A stretch of 54,270 nt of DNA, the filler included, from Basidioascus undulatus (taxonomy: Eukaryota), in the NCBI GenBank assembly GCA_000826855.1. It is 3 parts of 3 records of this genome, joined end to end, with 100 filler letters (N's around TTAATTAATTAA, not from the genome) between each part and the next. Parts side by side here need not be neighbours in the genome. Positions count along the whole stretch, not along the records: positions 36,271 to 54,270 come from JTLS01000495.1; 2 more parts are not named here. The stretch is one strand, 5' to 3'. Position 1 is the first letter of the stretch, and each line of letters starts with the position of its first letter. This document shows, one piece after another, positions 36,337 through 46,922 of the stretch. The position numbers and the translations under genes were made by a program. The notes beneath the pieces are model-generated. The model did not search any database. It saw only the letters and a list, made by a program, of their open reading frames with translations, and was not told the origin of the DNA.

Positions 36337-38909
36337 TTTCGCCTACGCACTAATCACCCTCACCTCCGCCCACATCTTCATCAACCCCTCTCAGCTCTCT
36401 TCCAGCGCGTCTGAGGCGCTCGCCCGCGCGGACGTGCAAGTGCGGCCGTATGAGGAGGTGTTTGATGCACTCAGGGCGGAGGGGGAGACGGGGGTGCGTG
36501 CTTTCCGTCTTCCTAATTCCCCAGAAGAGGAGCTGATAGGTGGGATGGGGATGGCGGGCAGAAGAAGGTCCTCCTCGGCAAGCGCGCGAGTCTGGCGCTC
36601 ACCCAAGCGGTCGGAGAGGGGCGGTACGAGCTTGTGCGGTCGCCTGTTGTTGAGTGCGTGTTCTCTCCTTGCCGTCCCCCATCGCGCCCTCCTCGCACTT
36701 CCCTCCTCGTCCCCCCGCCGCTCTTGAACTACTTTTCCCCGTCCGACTTTCACCTTCCCATTCCCCCCTGTGTCTCCCTCTCCCTCCCTCTCTTTCACGC
36801 TGTCCTTACCCCTCCTCGTCCCGACCACCCCCTTTCTCTCTCCGATCTCTCTCCGATCTTCTCTTTTCTGACCATTGATCTCCGAACCCCCAGCGCCAAG
36901 TCCATCAAATCCCCCGCCGAGATCGCGGGGACGCGCGCGGCGCATGTCCGGGACGGGGCGAGCCTAGTGCAGTATTTTGCGTGGCTTGGGGAAGAGCTCC
37001 GTGCGGGGAGGGAGGTTAGCGAGTATGAGGCGGCGGGGAGGTTGGAGGAGTACCGGCGGTGAGTGGTTGGGCTGGCTTCTCTATTTCGGAGGGGTGAGAA
37101 TAGCCGATGGCGCAGGGGAGACGCAAGGGGAGGAGGGTAGAGAGAAGAAGGGGAGAAGAAGGGGAGAAGAAGGGGAGAAGTTGGGGAGAGGGGGAAGCGG
37201 AGAGGAGGGGGCGAGAGGAGGGGGATGGGGCGACGGGCGACGGGAAAGTTTGGTTGGCGAGGGACGACGGAAAGGAGAGAGGGAGAGGAGGAGGGGAGGA
37301 GCGATGCTGATGTGTGAGGGTTGGGGAGGAACAGCGGGAACGACAAGTTCAAGGGTTTGAGCTTCACGACTATCTCGTCGACGGGTCCGAACGGCGCGAG
37401 TGCGTTCTTGTACGTTCTTGCGAGGCTGCGAGGATGAGATTGACGTGAGGGGCACAGTCATCCACTACTCCCCGAGCCCGACGACGTCTGCTAAGATCGA
37501 CGTTAACGCTGTACGTCGTCGGCTCCTTATCCCTCCTTCCTCCCATCTGTCCCAGCCCCTACCCGTCTTCCGAACCCATCCCTTCCCATCTTCTTCCCCG
37601 CCCCGCCCCGCCCACCGCCTCCCTTCTTGCTCCGCCCCTCGCCCTCCCTCTCATCCCTATCATCCCTATTCTCCGTCTATTAGCAATTGCGGAGACGAAG
37701 TAGCGGAGCCCGCTGAACCCCGCCTGCCCTCCCACGCAGATCTACCTCTGCGACTCGGGCGCGCAGTACCTGGACGGGACGACGGACGTCACGCGCACGT
37801 GGCACTTTGGGTTAGCGGGTCCCTCGGCGGAGGAGAAGCGGGCGTTTACGAGGGTGCTGCAGGGTCGGTCGTCCTTTCCCTCCTTCCTTCTTCCCTCCTC
37901 CCTTTTCCCTGCCCCTTCCTCTTTCACTCATCCAACGTCCCCTCCCATCCCATACCTTCTCTTCCATTTCGTTCTCCACCTTTCTTTGTTTTTCTCGATC
38001 CGAAGATGAGAGAGCTCGGAACTGATGAACCGCGTGGAGGAAACCAGGCCACATCGCGATCGACACGGCCGTCATCCCCAACGGGACGACGGGCTACTCG
38101 ATCGACGCGTTTGCGCGGCGGCCGCTGTGGCAGGACGGCTTGGACTACCTGCATGGGACGGGGTGCGTGGGGTTTCTTCTCATCTTCCCTTGCCTTCCCT
38201 TCCTTTCCCCACTCCTTTCCCTTTCCCTCGCATTCCGGCACAGCGTCCTTCGTTTCACGCCTTTTCCGCGCCCCGCGCCGCGCAGAGACGAGAAGGCGAT
38301 AGCTGACTTACGACTCGGAACGGCACAGGCACGGCGTCGGCGCCTTCTTGAACGTGCACGAAGGCCCGCACGGGATCGGCAAGCGCGAGGCTTTCAACGA
38401 GACGCCGCTCAAAGAGGGGATGATCGTCAGCAACGGTCCGTCTTCCTTTTCGCTCTCTGTTCGTTTCTGATGTTTACGGTTTGACCGAACAGAGCCGGGT
38501 TTCTACAAGGTGCGAACTATTCTTGATGAAGGAGGAGTACGGCTTGCTGATGAGCGGTAATAGGACGCCGCCTTCGGCATCCGCATCGAGAACCTCCTTG
38601 TCGTCCGGAAGGCGAGCCTCTTCCCTTCCCTCCCTTCCATCTCCTCTTCTCTCCCTCGCTGACCGCATCCTCCTCACGCAGGCGGACACACCCAACAACT
38701 TCAACTCGACCGGCTACCTCTCCTTCGAGCACCTGACGCTCTGCCCGATCCAGACGTTGCTCGTCGACGCGCATCTGCTAAGCCCCGCCGAGCGCGAGTG
38801 GCTCAATGCGTACCACCAGGAGGTCCGCGAGAAGCTCACGCCCCTCCTGAAGGAGCGCGGGGATGAGCGCGCGCTGGGGTGGTTGGAGAGGGAGACGGAG
38901 GCGATTTGA
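36337..38909 (+). CDS. Xaa-Pro aminopeptidase (M24B, XPNPEP1/Fra1-like), 5' end lost in gap
   Basis: [98 protein letters not shown] ends at 38909. Confidence 0.95.
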
Positions 38910-39413
38910 TGGGAGGGGAGAGAAGGAGATGGATGAGGGGAAGGGTGGATGCTTGATTTCGTGTGAAGACAATAAAGCGACGTTATTAGTTGACATGGGT
39001 GTTACGGTGCATGCCTACTCTATAGCTTGTACGCTTTTCAGCCAGATGAGGATACTTCGAGATTGACCTAGCCGCGTCCGATGGTACTCTGCATCAGGCC
39101 ACAAGAGACGCGCTGCGTGCAAACCGCCCACACGGCGAAGGGCGTGCGGAGAGTCCACGATTGTAACCTGATATATGAACGCCGGGGTGAGCACGCATGT
39201 CTGTTGCGTACCTGCTTTGCCGAAATGTGTAAGAACGATCCTAGCCGCGAGGGCCTTTGCCTTGCAGCCTCGAACCGCCTATTTGCAGCCCTCATATTCC
39301 TCGGAAATCAGCAGCCATGCCCCTGTTTGAGACGTTCGATCCTCGTGCAGACGATGCCCAGCGCTACCTGCATACATTAAGGCTCCGCAACGAAAGACTC
39401 TCCCATCCCAACG

Positions 39414-40604
39414 ATGCGTCTTGTTTCTGCACTGGCTACCGCCTGCTTTGTCGCCGCGCAGGTCGCGGCTAAGTCACACCCTTACCGTGCACTCTTGGCT
39501 TCCGTTGCAGCATCTGCAAATGTCGCGGCATCTGCCAGTGGCGCCAGCTACACACCTTCTTTTTCCTCCAGCGCCAGCTACACTCATTCCTCGGGCGCCA
39601 GCTGCGCTCCTTCTCCTTCCTCCAGCGCCAGCGCCACGCTTTCCGCCGACGCCAACTACACACCTTCCTCTGGCATCTACGCTCTCAACCCTTGGTCACG
39701 GGCTCGCTACCACGTACGTCGGAAAGTGGGAGGCGGCACGTGCGTCTCAAGCCTGTGTTGCAGCTTCTGCTTCGCCTTGCGCTAGTGCTAACTCGGCTGT
39801 TGTCCAGTTGCCTCGTTCTCTGACTACTCCCATGACGGAATCAATGGTTTGGCTCTCGGAGCGGCGCAGCGGTTTGGCGGCGCCGGGTGCGGAGCGTGCA
39901 TCCGCATCAAGGGGACAAGCGGCGAGGTGGGTACGATGGTGAACAACCAGGTAGGTCCCGTTCTATTCTTTTGAGCGATGCGAAATGGGAAGGCTGAAGA
40001 GTAGGATTTCGCATCAGTGCCCAGAATGTACCGATAACCACGAAACTTCGTACGCGTCGCAGGACCAAGTTTGAAATCTCATGGTCGGTTGCGTTCACTT
40101 TCCCTAGTCAGTAAAGCGGTTAATGACGACTGACCCACACGGACGGCCTTGACAGGGAGTTTCTTGCCCTGCGATGTGAGCGGCAACCTGCAGTTTAAAA
40201 ACAAAGAAGGCACGTACTATTTCGCACTTCAGGCAAGTCGCTACCCTCTCGCTCTGCATGCCAACAGGCGGCTGAGTGTATCCGTGGCCTGCAGGTCCGC
40301 AACTCCGTCCTCCCCATCGACAAGCTCGAGGTCTCGACGGACTCTAGATCGACATGGTCCGCGGTTGAGCGGGAAACGTACAACTACTTCACCTACACAC
40401 CGTCAGTAGTTGGCCGCCCATGTTGCTTCCACGTTATATTGCAGACCCGAGAGACTGACGACGTACGCATTCGTTTCCAGCGGTTTTGGGAAGGACACCG
40501 TCGACGTACGCTTTACGCCTTCCACGGGCGCCCAGATCACGGAATCCAACGTAAAGGTCTCGAGTGGGCTGGTGGTCGAAGGCTCGAAGCAATTCAGCGC
40601 CTAA
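39414..40604 (+). pseudogene. Secreted expansin-like protein (Ser/Ala linker + DPBB + CBM63-like), apparently frameshifted
   Basis: Signal peptide MRLVSALATACFVAAQVAA and a Ser/Ala repeat linker. GHGLATTY..W and GGTC fall in different frames near 39730. Then GCGACIRIKG, QCPEC, PCDVSGNLQFKNKEG, QVRNSVLPIDKLEVSTD..TW..VERETYNYF, GFGKDTVDVRFT. The family call is firmer than the pseudogene status. Confidence 0.7.
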
Positions 40605-42289
40605 TGAACTCGCTTTACATTCCTGCTCTCCATCCTTCTCCCTTCATGATCTTTGGCGGATCTTTTGTCCGCCCTTTCCATGCAACATATTGTTCACCGA
40701 GTGCCGTCGACTGTCGGCTCGCTGAAAGAGTGATGTTCGATTTATAGCCGGGCAGCTGGCATTCCAGATTTTCCTGAATCATGCCTGTTCCGTGTGCATT
40801 TAAAATAAGTCAATGTCATGCGGTATTCCAGAACAAAGGGACTCAGGCGTTGACTCTCTCTGGAATCCAATGGAGGCGCAGTAAGGATTGCCCCACCGCA
40901 GCCGTGCTTTGGCGGTGGCATTGACAGTTGATAGACCTAAATGATCCTTAAAAGCTCCAACACCACCTTTCGATGAGGACGTAATCACCAGCAGGGTTAA
41001 CAGGCACCGGCTTAGTGCAGAAGATCGCAGTCGTTACATGTACTGAGGTGACGAGGACTCACCTTCAGCTCTGATAGAGTCGTAGGCTTAGGGAATATAC
41101 AATGTTCCAATCCCTTAATTCATCTGTTGTAACAACCAAGTCCGAGGTCTCCCTTTCGCCTTTGCGGCTTGGAAGCACGCACCCACAGCCGGTTTCACTG
41201 CGGAAGAAGCTCTTTCTCCCTCGGAATCGGAAGATAAATCAGTTCTGGGTGTGATCCATGAAGGTATAGCTCTCCAAATGGTGCATCTGCTCGAAAGGGA
41301 AGGACAGGTTAGCATGTAAAAGCTGCTGGAGCTGGCTTTTATCAGGATCGGATCTCGAGATCGCGCAAACAGTGTCAGGGGTGCATGCCGCCGCACTCCT
41401 CTAGTCTGCTTGAGCTTAGGATCGTCTCCTTCTAGTTGCATACAACCACCATCATGGATACCACTTCCGATCTTTCGGGATTTTCCTCCCAGCTACGGCC
41501 GAACATGCCGAAGCTCGCCCCGCTCACGCCGACCGTTCCCGTTGCTCTGCTTGCCCTCGCCCGAGCGGCCGCTTCCGGGCGCACGCTCGGTCAAGAATAC
41601 GATCAACCAGAATCTCCATCCGACGTGTACCTGCTTCTCGTCTGCAGGGACGCGGCATCCGGCGTGCTGCTGTGTATAGTGGTGCGCATCAATTTTTCCT
41701 TGCCTGGACCGAAGCCTCACTGAACTTGGTCCTCATCTTCAGTTCGGCATTTCCGCTCTGACAATTGGTCATCCGGCCGGGAGTATTCTAGTCGGCTCCA
41801 GGCCAAACGGGACACGATACGTGCTGCGGACTTTTCATCTTACCCAGAGCCGCAGCTGGCGCGAAGCGTGGGCAGCGCTTCATCGGGGAGTGGCGTGATC
41901 TGGTATATCACGGCGATGAGGAGTTTGACCGTCTGCGGCCAAGTTCGGTGACTTTGGATGGTGTAGCTCATTCTGGGTTCGTATCCTCAATCACAAACCG
42001 GCTTCGGTACAGGACGAGATCACCGCTCTTGAGCGACCCGCCCTGGCGAGTGTCGACACTTTCATCTGGTGGCTGTTGGAGGCTTAGGAGATGTGCACAG
42101 ACCGGGGCTCGAGACGGATGCCCGAGCGAGAGTTTCCGTTTGTTTGGGTGACTGGACTGGACTGCGCCCGCATAGTTATCTCCCGCTTTGCTCACCTATC
42201 GCGCCTTGATACGTCCCTATTCAGTCGGCGATTTGGATTGCTCGTACTCTTACCAAAATCAAAGTCTACCAGCTTTGGGGTGCTATCCT

Positions 42290-43928
42290 CGCGGAGCTGC
42301 GCTGGCTTGCGAGCGAGCGCGACATTGCGGCGTCGAGCACGCGGCCGTTCCGGGCATCTTCTTCACGGACTCGCTTATCCTGCCTTTAGACCGCAACGCT
42401 CTTCGTGCTGGAGCCTCCTCTCTCGCTTCCGTCCCAGACCGCGAGAAAGACTGGCATCCCGTTTCCAACAAGCAGGTGCTAGATCTCGTCCACCCCAGCA
42501 TGTTCCCCTATGTCCACGGCCGCACCCATCGCTTCCTTCTGCACTCGTCCCTCAATATTTCGAAGGACTCGGACGAAGGCGATCCGAGCGCGCTCGGCAC
42601 CGACGCAGTCGCTTCTTCGGTCCTCGCCTTCCTGGAATCCGTGCCGTTCCACCCCGGCTTCATCCGTCCCGTCGCCGCGCTCGCGTCTCCGGCGCAGGTG
42701 TCACGACCTCAGCTTCGATGGACAGTGCAGACCAGTTCGAGTCCAAGCAGCCGAAAGTCTCGTCGCCGTACCAGTGGCCTCCCGTCGACATCGACATCTC
42801 GGCTGCGTGGGCGGGCAGCTGTACGGCCCGCTTCCGCTCGTACATCAACAATCTTCACCCCGCCCTAGGGACGCCCAGCGATGCACTCTATCCTGTTCTG
42901 GAGTACATCTTCTCCAGATTCATCCCGCTTTTCGAGCGCGTCCTCACCGACACGCGCCGTCGATGCGGCCCTCGTCCGCAGTTTCTCCCTGATGGCCATG
43001 ACGGCGACTACTGGGAATGCGACTCGTTCGAGCCCAAATAGGAGGAGTATGAACGGTGGATACTTTTCGTTTCTTTTCCGACCACCTAACGCCTGCTGAG
43101 GTAATTATCCCGTCCTTTTCTGCAGCAAAGACCCGTCCTTGTACGACCAGAACTACCGCGAGTGGCACAACGCTCGCAGGTTCATCCGTCCTGTCGTCCA
43201 GCCCTTTATCGCCAGCGCCGCCGACGGAAGCACAGGCCGTGATGCTCGGCGGGAGAACGCTCGAAGTGGTTATCAATATGACCGACGTCCGGCTGTACGC
43301 GGCAGATCCTAGCACGTCGAACGTGCGTCGGCCTCCTGAAATGGTTTTGCTCGGGAGCATTCTAACCCACAAGCTTCATCCTTGCGCCTCTGCAGGAACT
43401 GACAACGAGCGCATTGTCGCGACTGGCATCTATTACTACGCTCGGAGGTGAGCGCTTGCATTCCGGTTGGACATGCAAAGCCCTTCGAACAATTGACCAT
43501 GCTGATGCGGCGATCTGATGCTGTGCGACAGAACATCAAGAGCTCCTCCCTCGGCTTTCGTCAAGCGATCGACGATCCGTACGAGCAGAACGAGTTCGAC
43601 CACGTACGCCTCTCTTCCCGGGGCCGCCACAAACAAGCGAGCTAACGCGGAGCAAGGCCTTTTCTCTTCTGGCGCGGATATTTATGTTTAGCTCAAATTC
43701 CTCTGTGGCGTGCTCCAGCAAGGTGCCGCCAACCAGTACCTCGGCAGCGTGTCGACGCCCGAGGAGCGCTGCGTCTGCTTCCCCAACGGGGTGCAGCATC
43801 GCCTGTCTCCATTCGCGCTCGCCGACCGTATGAAGTCTAGCCACCGAAAGATCCTGGCCTGTTTCCTCGTAGATCCGAGCAGGCGGATTCTCTCCACCTC
43901 GGACGTCCCACCGCAACAGCTCGGGTGA
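42290..43928 (+). pseudogene. DUF4246-family protein, disrupted
   Basis: DWHPVSNKQVLDLVHPSMFPYVHGRT, YQWPP, SYINNLHP, NERIVATGIYYY, LGFRQA, LGSVSTPEERCVCFPNGVQHRLSPF.LAD...HRKILACFLVDP.RRILST.DVPPQQ. Frame change near 42715, in-frame TAG ending the ORF at 43041, WHVEG motif not found, premature end. Confidence 0.78.
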
Positions 43929-44651
43929 GTCTTCCCCCCCACCTACAGACTTGAGAATATTCACCTTCAATAAATGCGTGAAGGTCGGGATGATAGACTA
44001 CATCTCGAACTCGCCGACCTGATATTCTTGTCGCTGCTTGATGAACGCGGTACTGGACGTGTTCTCGTCCCGCCCGCAGTGCGTTCAATGCAGAAGTCTG
44101 ATGAATTCCTCAGCACTGGCGTGCGGTGGAAATGGCCTTTTCGTATGAGGCTCAGTTGATGGGGTCGAAGTATTGGATACACCTGCCTCGCCTTACTGCC
44201 ACCCGTCTCGAGGTCCCTAGCCCAGCTTAATGGCCAACCGACCCCGCGCACAACCATAAACTCCAACAGGCAGCCACCACACGCCCATCTAACCCACACA
44301 AAACAAAAGTTCCGTATGTTCCGTATGCATGGATGCGAACCGAGAAAATGCTGGGTAATGTGCGTGAACGTGTGCGATAAACAAAACAACAGCGAGCGAA
44401 CAAGGAGAACCTCAAACGAGGCTAAATCCAAGTGAAATCAAAGAAAGTGAAGTGAAGGAGCCCGGGAAACGATGGGGAATGATGGGAATGATGGAAATGC
44501 GATGCGGAGGAGCGAAGGAGCGGGAAAGAACGAGCGTGCGGGTTGTTGAAGGGACGGGAGCGAGGGGAGGACGAGAGATCCGGGCGAGCGAGCGGGTAGA
44601 CGAGAGTGGTAGGAAGGGTATCCGGATCCAGATCTACCGCCAAGTATTCTC

Positions 44652-46922
44652 CTACCCCTCCTCCAACCACCTCTCCTCCCCCCTTATCCTTCTACCCCTC
44701 CCCCTCCCCGTCGCGCCAAACCCCTCCCTCTCCCTTTCCCGCTCGCGCTCCTCCAGCTCTCCCCTCGCAGCCAGCAACGCCTCATGGAAGCTAATCATCG
44801 TCCCCGCGGTGCTGGGCTCGCGTTCCCGCGGGTGTGTCGGGGAGGGGTGTGTGGGGGAGCGGGAGAAGGGGGAGAGAGAGGAAGGAGGGGAGGAGAGGAT
44901 TCCGCCGGCGTCGATGAGCATTGGGGAGGGGAGGGGTGAGGGGGGTGTTGAGGTTGTTGAGGCACTGCCGATCGTCGCAAACGCGAAATCAGTCCCGCGC
45001 TCAGAGCGAAGAAGGAGTGATGAAAACGCACTGCCAATTCCCCCCATTCCCCACCTGCGCAAGCCCGTTCTCATGCCAATTCGCCGCCCCACCCACTGGA
45101 CCCATCCCGATCTTCTCCCCCTGCAGTGGCTGCCCGCGACCCGAGCGCGAGCGCCTTCCCATATGCATCCCCGCGGCGCAGGCCCACGACAGCGAGCGGC
45201 CTTTCGTCGCGCCCGAGGGGGTGGTGCGCCGGCGCGAGGCGGGATCGAGCGAGGAGGAGCCCCCGCCTAGGGTCGAGTGGTCTACTTTATCTGATGAGGG
45301 ATGGGGGTGAGAAGATGAATGGGGAGGAGAGGGGGGGGAGACGGGAGGACGGAGGGGAGAGAGAGAAGGAAGGACAAACAGCGCAAGTGCAGGATCAGAT
45401 GCTGCGAGAGGATGAACGTCGCTGCTATTGCGGAGGTGGTGCCGATCTGCAGTATTGTCCGCGCAGGGTAAGCGCTCGCCTACGTTGCGGAAGCGGGAGA
45501 TGGAGAGAGGGGAACGCACGCCTTGCAGCTCCGGGTCGAGCGAGCGGTAGAGGATGAGGTTGACGAGGTTCGCTGCGGTGACTCCCACTTTCCTCCCACC
45601 CACGACCCGCTTCATATCAGTCCTTGCCCTCACCCTCCCCTCACCCAGTTCCCAAACAAACGCACCGGTGTAAAACAGCCCGTGCTTCAGCACCATGCGC
45701 GTAAAGTCGTTCGCCCTGTTGCTTCGCCCCCAGCCCAAATCAGCCTTCATCCCCCAAGGAAGAAAGGGGCAGGGGGAAAGCGCGAACGCACTCTTTGAAC
45801 CCGTCGCTGTGCAGCCACAAGTACCACGTGGCGACGACGGCGCAGACGCCGTCGAAGAGCATGTTGGCGAGGTAGAACACCCACGAGACGCGCACGTGCG
45901 GGTAGTTGGCCGAGACGCAGTTTTGGAGGGTGGGGTCATTGATCGCTGTGGGCGAAGGGCGGGTCAGCATGGGGGGAGGGGTCGGACTCCGCGCTCAAGG
46001 CGCAGAGCTGGAGATGTGAGAAGAAAGGAGGAAGGGGAGAGAGGGGAGGGAGGAAAGGAAGGGAGGAGGAAAGGAAGGGGACTGAGGCTGGGAGAGACGG
46101 AAGGGGAAGAGGAAGAGGAAGGGAGAGGGGAGGGGGACGCACGGTACCGCGCGTGGATGTTTGACCAGATCTCGGGCACGACGCAGGCGATGAGGAGGGC
46201 GAGGAGGAGGTAGAGAATGGGACGGGAGTGCCAAGAGATCGCCCATGTTCTGTTTCCCCCGGAATGTCAGAATGTACGCTCGGGTTTGGGTGGAAGGGTA
46301 AAGGGAGGGGCAAGAGGGAAGGCACGGGCGCACCGGACGAGGATGATCGCCTGCGAGGCGATGGCTGCTAGACACTGTACCACCGCCCTCCGCAGTCAGC
46401 ACCACCTCCTTCCACGGCAGGAGTGGAAAGAACCCGCAACGCACCTTCGTGACGGGCGCAGCAAAGTAGTACGCCTGGCACTGGCTCTTGGTGAACATCC
46501 CGCGCCCGAAGAAGCCGATGCCGTTGGTGATGAGCGCTAAAATTGAGAGGTATCGGACCTGAAGCAGACTCCCCGTAATCAGTGCCTGTGCTGGGGAACG
46601 GAAGGCGCGGAAGGGGAAGGGAAAGGGAAGGGAAAGGGAAGGGGGAGGAAGGGGGAGAAGACGGACGGCGATAAAGAGAAGACAGGCTAGGGAGGGGCGG
46701 AAGGGCTGCTGGTTCTTGTAGAAGCGCCATTCGGAGGCGATGGTGGTGAGGTAGCTGCGCCCGCCCCCAATACCCACATTCAGCTTCCACGCTCCCGGCT
46801 CGAGAGGAAGGGAACGGGACGCACTAGAACCCAGCGATGCTGTAGCTCGCCACGCGCAGGTACGCCGACACGTCCGCGGTCGTCGGCGCGTCGGGGGAGC
46901 ACTGGTCTCCTACGGGCGCCAT
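44652..46922 (-). CDS. Multipass (about 7 TM) membrane protein, DUF6533-type / GPCR-like
   Basis: MAPVGDQC...YLRVASYSIAGF | YLTTIASEWRFY...ACLLFIAVRYLSI...C..YY, QAIILVRTWAIS, MLFDGVCAVVATWYL, MVLKHGLFY, NLVNLILY, QHLILHLR, then a disordered tail in ORF 44652-45092. Confidence 0.8.

Noticed and set aside
5621..38909. Nitrogen-scavenging cluster (OPT, permease, aminotransferase, asparaginase, aminopeptidase)
   Set aside because: The genes are spread over three contigs joined by artificial spacers and interleaved with unrelated genes.
40800..41950. Short ORFs between the expansin-like and DUF4246 relics
   Set aside because: Interrupted frames with no recognisable homology.
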